Below, one piece after another: positions 18,637-28,208 of a stretch of DNA of 64,000 nt (the first letter of the stretch is position 1; each line of letters opens with the position of its first letter). Position numbers and translations under genes: made by a program. Where the stretch lies: NCBI GenBank assembly GCA_963812135.1, contig CAWETU010000001.1, positions 1,312,001 to 1,376,000 of the forward strand. Reading direction: 5' to 3'. Under the pieces are notes generated by a model that worked only from the letters and a program-made list of their open reading frames with translations, was not told the DNA's origin and searched no databases. This DNA comes from Vulcanimicrobiota bacterium (lineage in GTDB: Bacteria; Vulcanimicrobiota; Vulcanimicrobiia; Eremiobacterales; Eremiobacteraceae).

Positions 18637-19971
18637 TTAAGCGGCCGTGACTGCGTCTTGCGTGCGGGTGGGCGCTTCGCGGATCTTGGGTTTGTCCGAG
18701 ATCAGCGGGAAGATGATCGCGACAAGCAGCATGATCGCCACCGGCAATAGCGCTCCGGCGAACGAGCCGGTCATGTCTTTGACCGTCGAGACGAATGCCG
18801 GACCCACCAACCCCGCACAGCCCCATGCTGTGATGTTCAAGCCGTAGTTGGCGCCGAAATGCTTGGTGCCGAAGAAGTCCGCGTTGAACGCGGGCATGAC
18901 GCCGAAGCCGCCGCCGTAGCACAATAGCACGATCGCGTACACGGCGGCCACCGCCGCGAGAGTATGCAGTTCGCCCAGAAAGAAGAAGAGGATCACCTGG
19001 ATCCCAAAGATCAGCGCGTATGAGAGACGCCGGCCGATGCGGTCGGACAGCCAACCCCAGAACAACCGTCCGAAACCGTTGAAAAACGCAAGATACGCGT
19101 AGGTCGCGATGACGACCGGCGCGCTGACCGAGGTGAGTTCCTGCATGATGCCGGTCGCGTTGGAGATGACGATGATGCCGGCGGTGACGTTCAAGAACAG
19201 CATGACCCACAGCAGATAGAACTGCGGGCTGCCGAGCATCTCGGCGGTCGTATAGGAAAGCTCGTCGTCGTTCGACGGGAAGCCGTGCACCGAGAAACCG
19301 TATGGCGGTTCGCGCAGCGCGAACGCGAAGATGCAGCCGAACACGATGAACGCGATCCCAGAATAGGTGAACAGATTCATGAAGTTCGCGATGACGTCGG
19401 GCTTGAGCGCGTATTGCGCCGCGTTGAAGGCGCTTTGCGATATCTCCGCGGCAGTGCGCGCGCTGATGAACGCCGCGGCCGCCTTGGCGGCGTTGGCGAA
19501 GGCAGGCAGGCTTCGGATCACGAGCCCGTAGATGGGCGCGCCGAGACCAAAGCCCATGATGACGAGGCCGCCCCCGAATCCGCGCGCTTCAGGAAACCAC
19601 TTGATGACGCTGGTCACGGCAGCGATGTACGCCATGCCGCAGCCCAGTCCGCCGATGACGCCGTACGTGATCCACAGCCACTCCACGCCGAAGCTCGCGG
19701 TGCCGTAGCCGGCGAGGATGTTGCCGAGGCCCCAGAGCGTGACGCCTACCAGCGCCACACTGCGCGTTCCCAGGCGGTATGCGAGGATGCCACCGAGCAC
19801 GCCGCCGAGGCCAAGGAAGAAGTTCGCCAAGGCGAAGCCCCAGGTCGTCTCGGTCGTGGTCCATTCGAAACCCGCCAACAGCGGCTGGGTGAAGAGGCTG
19901 TATGAATACAGCGCGCCCGGGCCGAGCATGACCATGATTCCGGCGAACGCCACGAGCCAGCGGTTTCTCAT
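18637..19971 (-). CDS. OFA (oxalate/formate antiporter-like) MFS transporter
   Basis: NRWLV..GALYSYS, KWFPEARG, NGFGRLFWGWLSDRIGR, FFGTKHFGANYG. Confidence 0.9.
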   Translation of the reverse strand: MRNRWLVAFAGIMVMLGPGALYSYSLFTQPLLAGFEWTTTETTWGFALANFFLGLGGVLGGILAYRLGTRSVALVGVTLWGLGNILAGYGTASFGVEWLWITYGVIGGLGCGMAYIAAVTSVIKWFPEARGFGGGLVIMGFGLGAPIYGLVIRSLPAFANAAKAAAAFISARTAAEISQSAFNAAQYALKPDVIANFMNLFTYSGIAFIVFGCIFAFALREPPYGFSVHGFPSNDDELSYTTAEMLGSPQFYLLWVMLFLNVTAGIIVISNATGIMQELTSVSAPVVIATYAYLAFFNGFGRLFWGWLSDRIGRRLSYALIFGIQVILFFFLGELHTLAAVAAVYAIVLLCYGGGFGVMPAFNADFFGTKHFGANYGLNITAWGCAGLVGPAFVSTVKDMTGSFAGALLPVAIMLLVAIIFPLISDKPKIREAPTRTQDAVTAA

Positions 19972-20170
19972 CAATACCCTCAAAGAAAACGTGATGCTAT
20001 GCTCACATTAGAACGTATTCGGACTATCGGCGTGACGCCGGCTGGACTTGCGCGACTGCTCTGTGTGACCGGTCACATGCCTGCGACGCGGCGGCGCGGC
20101 GGCGCGCGCCGATGTATACATCAAGAGGGTCCCATCGCAATCGCTCCGCGCTGGAGTGTCTACGAACCAC

Positions 20171-22414
20171 ATGAGATACGTAACGCACGCACCTCGGGAA
20201 GCGCCGTCGTCGCAGGTCTGGCTGACGATCGGGTTGGTCGTGTGCGTCCTGGCGTTCACCGGGGCGCTGTTCGGCACCGTGCTCGTCAACGCCGCGATCA
20301 CCGTCCGCTCGCAAGCCAACATCAAATTGGTGAACGTCGCCGCGCGCCAAAGCGAGCTCATGCAGCGCATGACGAAAGATCTCGCCGAGATGCAGCTCGC
20401 GCAACGCGCCAATCAGGCGCCGGCGCCGTCGACCGTGTCCGACCTGGCCGACGCGGCGAACACGTTCGAAGCGACGCTCAAAGCATTTGAAAGCGGCGGC
20501 ACGACCACCGATCTCGCAGGATCGCCGTTCGCTGTCGCACCCTTGAAGGGCGATTCCGAGATCGCCGCACTCTCGCAGGCACGCGCCGCATGGTCGCCGG
20601 TGAAGCAGAAGATCGCCGCCATCGTCGCTGGGCCGGTGACGCCGGCCGTCGTCGATGAAGCCGCCTCGGCCGCCACGGCGTCCGAGCGCCAGATCTCGAA
20701 CATGATGAGCGACGTCGCGCTCTCGATCGAGCGGACGGCGACGCAGAGCGCGAAGGATCTGACCTTCATGCGCAACCTGTTGATCGGGCTCGCCGTCATG
20801 TGCGTCGTGGTGATCGTCGCCATCCTCTTCACGCGCGTCACCGAAGGCCAGAACCAGATCCAGGTCTACGCGAGCTCGCTCGAGCTGCGCAACGATGAGC
20901 TCGCCGAAAGCTCCTCGGCCCTGGCCCAAGCCAAACTGGGCACCGACCTGATCATGGAGACGGTGCGCCAAGGACTGTTGCTCATCGGTCCGGATTATCG
21001 GATCGAGACCCAGTACTCGCGCGAGCTTGAAGACATCTTCCGGATGAAGGAGCTTGCCGGCTACCATTTCCTCAACATCTTGCAGCGCATCCTCACCGAG
21101 CGCATGTTCAACACCTCGCGCGATTATCTCGGCCTGCTCTTCGACCCGAAGAAGAAAGAACGCGCCGTCCTGAAGGTCAATCCGCTCGACGAGGTCGAGG
21201 TCAACTTCCCGAACCCCGAGGGCGGCTTCATCTCCAAGTACTTGGCGTTCTCGTTCCGCCGGATCGTGCAAAAACGCGAGATCACGCGGGTCTTCATCGC
21301 GGTGACCGACGTGACGGAGCGCGTGCAGCTGGAACGCCAACTGCGAGAATCGGAGCATCGCAAAGAGCGCCAGTTCGAGCTGCTGCTGGGCATCCTGCAC
21401 GTCGAGCCGCAGATGCTCGACGAATTCATCGCGGGAGCACAAGCGCGCACGCACGAGATGAACGATGCGCTCAAAGCGCAGGACTTTGCGGCGGCCTCGA
21501 GCGGCCAGATGAGCCTGTTGCGCCAGCGGCTTGACGTCGTCTTCCGCTGCGTGCACAGCATCAAAGGCAACGCGGCATTGCTCAACCTCGATTATTTCCA
21601 AAAGACCTGCGATGCGTTCGAGCAGAAGATCGTCGAGCTGCGTAACCGGCCCGCGCTCGGCGGCGACGACTTCTTGTCAATCGTCATCGCGGAGTCGGAT
21701 TTGCGCTCTGACCTGGCCGAGCTTCAGGATCTGCGTGAGAAACTGACCGGCATCCAGCGCGCGGTCGCAGGACCGGTCGCCGGCGCGCCTGCGTTCGCTG
21801 GAGTCGCGCCGCCTAAGCCCAATCGCGACGACGTCGTCGAAGCGATCAGCGGCCTGGCGCAGTCCCTCGCGCTCAAGCTGGGCAAGGACGTGCGCGTCCG
21901 CGCCGCCGGATTCGACACGCGTGCGCTGCCGCCAGAACTGCGGCGCACGGTCAAAGACGTGCTCATCCAGCTCACGCGCAACAGTCTTGCGCACGGCATC
22001 GAGGCGCCGGCCGCACGCGAAGCGGCGGGCAAGCCGAAGACGGCGACGATCGAGATCCGGCCGTTGACCGCTAGCGCACCCGGGTCGTTCGGCTTCGCGT
22101 TCCGTGACGATGGCCGCGGGCTCGATCCGGTGCGCATCAAAGAACGAGCGCTCGAGCTCGGCCTGGTCTCCAGCGACGAGGCCGCCAAGAGCGACGAGAG
22201 TCAGCTCGCACGATTCATCTTCGCGCCCGGCTTCACGACGAGCAACGGCGCGACGACCGACGCGGGGCGCGGTATTGGGATGGATCTCGTCAAGCACATC
22301 GTGGTCGACGATTGCGGCGGCGAGATCGGCGTCAGCTCGGATCCGGGGCGGTACTGCGAGTTCAGCTTCGTGCTGCCGCGCGCGCCGCTCGCCGTGCCGG
22401 TGCCGGTGGCGTGA
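20171..22414 (+). CDS. Membrane sensor-fused CheA-like kinase (2 TM, PilJ/NarX-like sensor, PAS-like, Hpt, HATPase; no CheW domain)
   Basis: VNVAARQSELMQRMTK; VHSIKG Hpt; QLTRNSLAHGIE, DDGRGLD, IFAPGFTT, AGRGIGMDLVK. Confidence 0.88.
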   Translation: MRYVTHAPREAPSSQVWLTIGLVVCVLAFTGALFGTVLVNAAITVRSQANIKLVNVAARQSELMQRMTKDLAEMQLAQRANQAPAPSTVSDLADAANTFEATLKAFESGGTTTDLAGSPFAVAPLKGDSEIAALSQARAAWSPVKQKIAAIVAGPVTPAVVDEAASAATASERQISNMMSDVALSIERTATQSAKDLTFMRNLLIGLAVMCVVVIVAILFTRVTEGQNQIQVYASSLELRNDELAESSSALAQAKLGTDLIMETVRQGLLLIGPDYRIETQYSRELEDIFRMKELAGYHFLNILQRILTERMFNTSRDYLGLLFDPKKKERAVLKVNPLDEVEVNFPNPEGGFISKYLAFSFRRIVQKREITRVFIAVTDVTERVQLERQLRESEHRKERQFELLLGILHVEPQMLDEFIAGAQARTHEMNDALKAQDFAAASSGQMSLLRQRLDVVFRCVHSIKGNAALLNLDYFQKTCDAFEQKIVELRNRPALGGDDFLSIVIAESDLRSDLAELQDLREKLTGIQRAVAGPVAGAPAFAGVAPPKPNRDDVVEAISGLAQSLALKLGKDVRVRAAGFDTRALPPELRRTVKDVLIQLTRNSLAHGIEAPAAREAAGKPKTATIEIRPLTASAPGSFGFAFRDDGRGLDPVRIKERALELGLVSSDEAAKSDESQLARFIFAPGFTTSNGATTDAGRGIGMDLVKHIVVDDCGGEIGVSSDPGRYCEFSFVLPRAPLAVPVPVA

Positions 22415-22418
22415 CGGT

Positions 22419-22778
22419 ATGGCGATGAAACTGCTGATCGTCGACGATTCGAACGTCATCCGCCGCGCCATCACTCGGCAGGTCGCGTCGTCCGAATACG
22501 AGGTCCGATCGGCGGGCAACGGTCAGGAGGCGCTGCGCGTCTTCGACGAGTTCAACCCGGAGATCGTGACGATGGACATCACGATGCCCGAACTGGACGG
22601 GCTGTCGTGCGTCGAGGCGATTCTCAACCGTAACCAGGACACCAAGATCTTGGTGATCTCGGCGCTGGCCGACAAGGCCACGGCGGTCGAGGCCATCAAG
22701 CGGGGGGCACAGGGATTCTTACTCAAACCGTTCACAGCGGAGATGCTGCAAATCGAGCTCGCCGAGCTGCTGACGTAG
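22419..22778 (+). CDS. Single-domain CheY-like response regulator
   Basis: LIVDDS, TMDITMP, ISAL, LLKPF. Confidence 0.92.
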   Translation: MAMKLLIVDDSNVIRRAITRQVASSEYEVRSAGNGQEALRVFDEFNPEIVTMDITMPELDGLSCVEAILNRNQDTKILVISALADKATAVEAIKRGAQGFLLKPFTAEMLQIELAELLT

Positions 22779-22801
22779 GCAACACCGAGGACGACCTCAA
22801 G

Positions 22802-23260
22802 GTGTTCGTCCACGGTGCGGCGCGCTTTTTCAGCAAGATCTCACCGGTGCCGGCGCAGGTCGGGACGCCGTTTTTGCGCGAGGAATCGGACCGGGTCATG
22901 TCCGACTTCTCGGCCGTCATCGGCATCTCGGGAAACCAGCGCGGCTGCGTGTACTACAGCGCGCCGCGCGAAATGGTGCTGGCGCTCGCAGACCTGTTCG
23001 GCGAATCGGATCTGTCGGACGACATCTGCGCTGATTTCGTCGGCGAGATCGCCAATACGATCTCGGGCAACGCGCGCGAACACCTCGGTCCAGGCTTCCT
23101 GATCTCCGTGCCGGTCGTCATCCGCGGCCGCGCCGACGACGTCCGGTTTCCCGATGATGCGCCCGCGTTCGTCATCCCGATCAGCTGGAGCGGCCACCGC
23201 TCGAGCCTGATCATCTGCCTGAAGGAAGAACCACGGCGACGGAGCCCACGCCCGCGATGA
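22802..23260 (+). CDS. cheX: CheX-family phosphatase (start uncertain)
   Basis: SAVIGISG..G, VGEIANTISGN, ISVPVVI; similarity to the paralogue extends upstream (NTEDDLKVF). Confidence 0.87.
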   Translation: MFVHGAARFFSKISPVPAQVGTPFLREESDRVMSDFSAVIGISGNQRGCVYYSAPREMVLALADLFGESDLSDDICADFVGEIANTISGNAREHLGPGFLISVPVVIRGRADDVRFPDDAPAFVIPISWSGHRSSLIICLKEEPRRRSPRPR

Positions 23261-23727
23261 GCGACTCCGATCTGAAGATGTTCATCGACATCGTCACGCA
23301 CTATTTCAGCACAGTCGTGGGGGAACCGCCCGCGCTCGACGACCCCGTCATCGAGTTCACGGCTCCCAAACTGCTCGACTATAGCGGTTTCATCCAGATC
23401 TCGGGCAGCGACGATGGGTGCGTCTACATCACCGTCGCGCGTGATTTCGCGGCTGCGTTCCTGCGCCGCATAGGTGAGAACGCAAGCGACGACGAGCTGT
23501 TCAGCGATCTGGTCGGCGAGATGGCTAGCACCGTTGCCAGCAATGCGCGCGAGCGCTTCGGCAACCAGTTCCGCATCTCGGTCCCGCGCACGCACATCGG
23601 AGCGCAGCAGCCGGCGTTTACCTTGCCCCAGACGCGTTTCGTGCTGCCGATCAAATGGAACGGGCAGACCGCCCGGCTGGGCGTCGGCGTGTTCTCGAAG
23701 GTCGAGGCCGCGAGATCGCCGTCATGA
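23257..23727 (+). CDS. cheX: Second CheX-family protein with degenerate motif
   Basis: SGFIQISG, VGEMASTVASN (ExxS in place of ExxN), ISVP. Confidence 0.8.
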   Translation: MSDSDLKMFIDIVTHYFSTVVGEPPALDDPVIEFTAPKLLDYSGFIQISGSDDGCVYITVARDFAAAFLRRIGENASDDELFSDLVGEMASTVASNARERFGNQFRISVPRTHIGAQQPAFTLPQTRFVLPIKWNGQTARLGVGVFSKVEAARSPS

Positions 23728-24626
23728 GCGCGGGCAAAGACGTCTTCAAACGCCCGCGCGATTTCGACGATCGCGCGCTCGGCGTGAGCTTGCGTCCCTA
23801 CGAATGGGAGGTCTTGCTCTCGCTCGACGGCCGCACGCCGCTCGTCCAACTGCTCCGGCACATGGGCCTCGAAGAGCTCGACGCGGACGACGTGGCCGAC
23901 GAACTGGGCGGCAAAGGCCTCATGGATCAATGCGTGGTCACGTACGGCGAGTTCATGCGCGAACGCGGCATGCCCGCCCAGGGGCCATCGCCCGCAATCG
24001 TCGCCTCCGCCGGGCTGCCGCCGCCAAGCGTTGCCCCGCCGAGCGTTGCGCCACCCAGCGTTGCGCCGCCCAGCGTTGCGCCACCCAGCGTTGCGCCACT
24101 CAGTGTTGCGTCACCGAGCGTTGCGCCGCCAAGCGCCGTCGCGCCCCCGACGTCGACAGCCCTGTCGCTCGACACGACGCCGGCGATGATCCCAACGCCG
24201 CCCGTGCCAGAGACGCCGGTGAAATCGCAGACGAATGGATCGACGACGCCCGCGCCGTCTCTGATCATCAGGGCAACGATCAAACCGCCGCCGCCCCGAC
24301 TTGCGTTCTCGCTCAAGCCTGGCTCGGCTGCGCCGCACATCGCGGTCGGCATCACCGGTTACAAGTTGAAACCGCTGTTCGACTTCATCATCGACAAGGC
24401 CGGCGGCGACGCGCTGCCGAAAGTCGCGGCGCAGCTCGCGGTGTATCGCGTCTTCCGGCGCGTGCCGCGCGAGTTGGTGCTCGCAGACAACATCCATTCG
24501 CTGAACATCGCCGACCCGACGATCGAAGTGCACAACAAGGAGCTGTACGACGCGATCATCCGGGCGATCGAAGCGACCTTCGGTGTGAAGTACGATTCAG
24601 ACAACGCCAACCGCGCCACCGGCTGA
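23724..24626 (+). CDS. Hypothetical two-domain protein with Pro-rich repeat linker
   Basis: ATGA-coupled to cheX; EWEVLLSLDGRTPL winged-helix-like N-domain; (PPSVA)7 linker. Confidence 0.75.
   Translation: MSAGKDVFKRPRDFDDRALGVSLRPYEWEVLLSLDGRTPLVQLLRHMGLEELDADDVADELGGKGLMDQCVVTYGEFMRERGMPAQGPSPAIVASAGLPPPSVAPPSVAPPSVAPPSVAPPSVAPLSVASPSVAPPSAVAPPTSTALSLDTTPAMIPTPPVPETPVKSQTNGSTTPAPSLIIRATIKPPPPRLAFSLKPGSAAPHIAVGITGYKLKPLFDFIIDKAGGDALPKVAAQLAVYRVFRRVPRELVLADNIHSLNIADPTIEVHNKELYDAIIRAIEATFGVKYDSDNANRATG
24021..24134 (+). repeat. 15-bp coding tandem repeat x7 (PPSVA)
   Basis: agcgttgc cores at 24027, 24042 ... 24117 (agtgttgc at 24102). Confidence 0.9.
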
Positions 24627-24639
24627 CCACCCGCGCTTC

Positions 24640-24712
24640 TCCGTGATCGTGCCCGCTCGCAACGAAGAGCGCTATATCGGCGCGTGCCTGGAGTCTATCC
24701 GAGTCGCGGCGC
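24640..24712 (+). repeat. 73-bp direct repeat, left copy (dead 5' fragment of glycosyltransferase)
   Basis: Identical to 25802-25874; reads FSVIVPARNEERYIGACLESIRVAA then QP-stop. Confidence 0.95.
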
Positions 24713-24775
24713 AACCTTAACCCGCTGCGTCCCGCCAATCGGGATGCGGACCCGTGTGGGGCAATATGCTAATGC

Positions 24776-24804
24776 TTGACGTATTACGCTAAGCGTAATA
24801 TGAT
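24776..24804 (+). promoter_or_regulatory. higBA promoter with internal palindromic operator
   Basis: TTGACG-17-TATGAT; TATTACGCT-A-AGCGTAATA at 24782-24800. Confidence 0.85.
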
Positions 24805-24810
24805 ACACAT

Positions 24811-25086
24811 GTGATTGGGTCGTTCAAATGCAGCGACACCGAGGCGCTCTTCAACGGTGAGCGGGTACTCAACTTCAGACAGTTCGAGAGCCCGGCGCGG
24901 CGCAAACTGCAAATGCTTCACGCTGCAACTGAGCTACGCGATCTTAGATCGCCCGGAAGTCAACTGGAGAAACTCAAGGGAAACCGAGCGGGCCAATGGA
25001 GTATCAGAATCAACGCCAGATGGAGACTCTGCTTCGTTTGGAAGGATGGCGGAGCGCACGACGTTGAGATCACGGATTATCACTAG
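24811..25086 (+). CDS. higB: HigB (RelE family) toxin
   Basis: ISFK-like start, ARRKLQML, LEKLKGNRAGQWSIRINARWRLCF, ITDYH. Confidence 0.93.
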   Translation: MIGSFKCSDTEALFNGERVLNFRQFESPARRKLQMLHAATELRDLRSPGSQLEKLKGNRAGQWSIRINARWRLCFVWKDGGAHDVEITDYH

Positions 25087-25106
25087 AGGAAGAACGAGGG
25101 AAGAAA

Positions 25107-25418
25107 ATGAGCAAGGCAACGCGGCTGGCACCGATACACCCGGGAGAGATTCTCCGCGAGGAATACCTGAGGCCGATGAAGATGACGCCGAACGCTCTGG
25201 CGAAGGCGCTAAGTATGGACGCTCCAGCGATCTCGGACATCGTAAATCGCAAGCGCGGTATTACAGCGAAGACCGCGCTGCGTCTGGCGAAGTATTTCGA
25301 CACGACCCCAGACTACTGGATGAACCTTCAATCGCAATACGAACTCGCGACGGAAACGGAAACCTGTGGATCAACTATCGAGATGCAGGTAATCCCGATG
25401 GCGGCGCGCGCCCACTAA
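25107..25418 (+). CDS. higA: HigA antitoxin
   Basis: PIHPGEILREEYL, RGITAKTALRLAKYF, YWMNLQ. Confidence 0.94.
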   Translation: MSKATRLAPIHPGEILREEYLRPMKMTPNALAKALSMDAPAISDIVNRKRGITAKTALRLAKYFDTTPDYWMNLQSQYELATETETCGSTIEMQVIPMAARAH

Positions 25419-25467
25419 TCCTAACGGAAAGAATCACAACAGCTCAGTCTGCTAAGCTACGGAGGTA

Positions 25468-25752
25468 TTGACGACAGTGCGAAAAGACAAAGCGTTATCA
25501 AAACGGGTGCAAGATAAACTCGATGGCTTCGAAATAGGGATGCGCCTTTGGGAAACAGCGCCCGACGAGCGTCGGCTTGAAAAGCGCTTCACGATTAACT
25601 TCCACATTTCGCTTTGCAACCTACCCGCAAAATGGCGAGAGGATGAATATGGTAGCGGCTACTGGCACACGCCGCTGGGGGACGCTCGAACATTCGGCGA
25701 TCTTCGAGTAATCTTACGCCGTATGTACGACGAGACCGGATTGGCCTCTTGA
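25468..25752 (+). CDS. Hypothetical protein inside TA islet
   Basis: GGAGG RBS before TTG; 94 aa. Confidence 0.5.
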   Translation: MTTVRKDKALSKRVQDKLDGFEIGMRLWETAPDERRLEKRFTINFHISLCNLPAKWREDEYGSGYWHTPLGDARTFGDLRVILRRMYDETGLAS

Positions 25753-25771
25753 AAACTGCTACGCTTGCTAG

Positions 25772-26503
25772 ATGACGACCCCAGCTGAACGCTCACATTT
25801 TTCCGTGATCGTGCCCGCTCGCAACGAAGAGCGCTATATCGGCGCGTGCCTGGAGTCTATCCGAGTCGCGGCGCGGCCGTATCCCGGTCTCGTCGAAACG
25901 ATCGTCGTCTTGAATCGCTGCGACGACCGGACCGAGGAGATCGCTCGCGGATTCGGCGCACGCGTGGTCCAGGCGGAAGGCAAGAACCTCTCGGTCGTGC
26001 GCAATGCTGGCGCGCGCGCCGCATCAGGCGACTATCTCATCACGATCGATGCCGATTCAGTGATGGCCCCGAACACGCTGGCCGAGGTGGAGCGTCACCT
26101 CGAAAGCGGCAGGTATGTCGGGGGCGGTGTCATGATCCATCCCGAGCGCATGTCACCCGGCATCGCAGCCACCGGCGTGCTGTTGGTGTGGCTGATGGTG
26201 CGCTACCGCGTGTCGGCCGGACTGTTCTGGCTGCGTCGCCCGGATTTCGAAACGCTCGGCGGCTTCGACGAATCGCTGGTCTCGGTCGAGGATCTCGACC
26301 TGGCGACGCGCCTCAAAGCGCTGGGACGGGCGCGCGGCCAACGCTTCGGCACGCTCTGGCGCGCGCCGATCACGACATCGTGCCGCAAGTTCGATCACTT
26401 CGGCGACTGGTTCATCTTCCGCAACACGTGGCTGTGGCGCGCGATCCTCGGCGGGCGCGACGAGCAGGCGGCGAATCTCTACTTCTACGACTTCCCGCGA
26501 TAG
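25772..26503 (+). CDS. Glycosyltransferase family 2
   Basis: SVIVPARNEE, IDADS (DxD), GGFDE, VEDLD, TSCRKF. Confidence 0.92.
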   Translation: MTTPAERSHFSVIVPARNEERYIGACLESIRVAARPYPGLVETIVVLNRCDDRTEEIARGFGARVVQAEGKNLSVVRNAGARAASGDYLITIDADSVMAPNTLAEVERHLESGRYVGGGVMIHPERMSPGIAATGVLLVWLMVRYRVSAGLFWLRRPDFETLGGFDESLVSVEDLDLATRLKALGRARGQRFGTLWRAPITTSCRKFDHFGDWFIFRNTWLWRAILGGRDEQAANLYFYDFPR

Positions 26504-26509
26504 CGCGGA

Positions 26510-27013
26510 CTAGCTGCCCACCCGTATGAACCGCGGCGGTCCCATGGGCGGCACGGCCAAGCGCAACAACGCGAGCCCCGCGTCGTTCTGCGTCTGATCG
26601 TCAGCTGCCGGCGGCCGTAGCGCGGGTCCCCCTGAATCTCCCGCCGCAGCTCGCGCCTTCTCGATGATCGCTTGCGTCTGCGTCTCCAAACCGCTCTGCG
26701 CGGCCAGGATCGCTTTCGCTTCGCGCGGTGTGAGTTCGGCGTCGAGCGTCTTGGCGGCGGCGTTCACATCCGGAGTGCCCGCCACGGCGAGTTGTCCGAC
26801 GACCTGACTCAGCAGCGTGCGGCTCGCCGGCGTGAGCGCATTGAGCGCCGCAGTGCGCGCCTGCACGCGGACCTGATCGAGCTGTCCGCGCACTTGGCCC
26901 ATCGGGCCGCCAGGACCGCCCGGCGGCGGCGCCGGCGGCGAGGAATCCGCGAACGAGGGTAAAGGTGCGAAAATCAATGCGACGACGAGCGCCGCTCTTG
27001 CGAGTTGTCTCAT
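26510..27013 (-). CDS. Secreted helical hypothetical protein
   Basis: Signal peptide, PPGGPGG linker, ALTP repeats. Confidence 0.6.
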   Translation of the reverse strand: MRQLARAALVVALIFAPLPSFADSSPPAPPPGGPGGPMGQVRGQLDQVRVQARTAALNALTPASRTLLSQVVGQLAVAGTPDVNAAAKTLDAELTPREAKAILAAQSGLETQTQAIIEKARAAAGDSGGPALRPPAADDQTQNDAGLALLRLAVPPMGPPRFIRVGS

Positions 27014-27062
27014 GCGGTTATCCTATCAATGGGCGCTGAGAGCCGCCTGGGATGCGGGCATG

Positions 27063-28208
27063 TCAGCTCTGGTGCGGCAGCATCATCGACGGCAGCGTAT
27101 AGCCGTCGTAGACGACCGCGGTCACCAGGCCGCTCATGACATCGTGATTGTCCACCATGTGAGACACGATGTGGCAGTGCAACGGCCACACGCCGGGATT
27201 GTTGGCGATAAAATCGATGTCCACCGTACGGCCTGGATCGACCGGAATCGTGTTCATCGGGCGCGGCTGGGGAAGCGGTGCGCCATCTTGCGCGATCCAG
27301 CGGAACCAGTGACCGTGCAAATGCATCGGATGCGCCATGTGCGTGATGTTCGCGAAGCGCACGCGCACCAGATCGCCACGCTTGACCCGAATCGGATCGG
27401 TGGCGGGAAACGTCTTGCCGTTGAAACACCAATATTCGGTCATATCCATGCGTTCCATCGCATCGCCCATGCCCGGATTTGGATCGGCTTTCGGATCCGC
27501 GGCCATGGCCGGCATCAGCATCGAGTTCGCCAAGACGGCCTGGGCTTCGACGTTACGCGCCGGCTCCCAATCGACTGAGGTCACCGCGATCGGGAAATCG
27601 ACGTCGTAACGTGGCTCGCGCGACGCATCCTGCGGGCTGACGACGATCATGCCGAACACGTTCTCTTGGTCGATATCGTTGTAGTGCGCGTGGTACATGT
27701 AGGTCCCCGCTTGCGGCGCGATCCAGCGATAGACGAACTGATCGCCCGGTTTGATCGGCGCCTGCGAGAACATGGCGGCGCCGTCCATCGCGAACGGCAC
27801 CGGAACGCCGTGCCAGTGGATGCTCGACTCCTGCGCAAGGCGGTTCACCACCGTGATCTCGACATCGTCGCCCTCCGTCATCCGCAGCACTGGGCCGGGC
27901 GAGATGCCGTTGACGCCGCGCGTCTGGACGCTGTGGCCGGGCAGCGGTTCCATCATGATCGAACCGAGCACGAGCGTGAACGTACGCTTGCGCCCGGTCC
28001 GCTTGAGCGCGCCTGCCGGTTTGAGCACGGGCAGCGCGCGCAGATCCGCGGTCGTCAGGCGGCGCAGCTCGTCCGTGGCCGCGCCGGCTCGCGCCGGCGC
28101 CGAATTCGCCATCGGCATCGCTCCCGCCATGGCGGCCGACGCGCGTGATGCCGCGAGCGCGAATGCGCCTGCGCCGGTGAGCTTGAGAACATCCTTGCGT
28201 GAGATCAT
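27063..28208 (-). CDS. Two-domain multicopper oxidase with Tat-like signal
   Basis: MISRKDVLK; HWHG, YHAH, HPMHLHGH, HCHIVSH. Confidence 0.92.
   Translation of the reverse strand: MISRKDVLKLTGAGAFALAASRASAAMAGAMPMANSAPARAGAATDELRRLTTADLRALPVLKPAGALKRTGRKRTFTLVLGSIMMEPLPGHSVQTRGVNGISPGPVLRMTEGDDVEITVVNRLAQESSIHWHGVPVPFAMDGAAMFSQAPIKPGDQFVYRWIAPQAGTYMYHAHYNDIDQENVFGMIVVSPQDASREPRYDVDFPIAVTSVDWEPARNVEAQAVLANSMLMPAMAADPKADPNPGMGDAMERMDMTEYWCFNGKTFPATDPIRVKRGDLVRVRFANITHMAHPMHLHGHWFRWIAQDGAPLPQPRPMNTIPVDPGRTVDIDFIANNPGVWPLHCHIVSHMVDNHDVMSGLVTAVVYDGYTLPSMMLPHQS

Larger units (their letters stand above)
24640..25874 (+). mobile_element. Integrase-less toxin-antitoxin islet (1162-bp insert)
   Basis: AT-richer segment with higBA and one small ORF between the 73-bp repeats. 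Confidence 0.72.

Noticed and set aside
20064..20077. TGTGACCGGTCACA palindrome as a CRP/FNR site
   Set aside because: Spacer is 4 bp rather than 6 and it occurs once; it may be a site, but the regulator cannot be assigned
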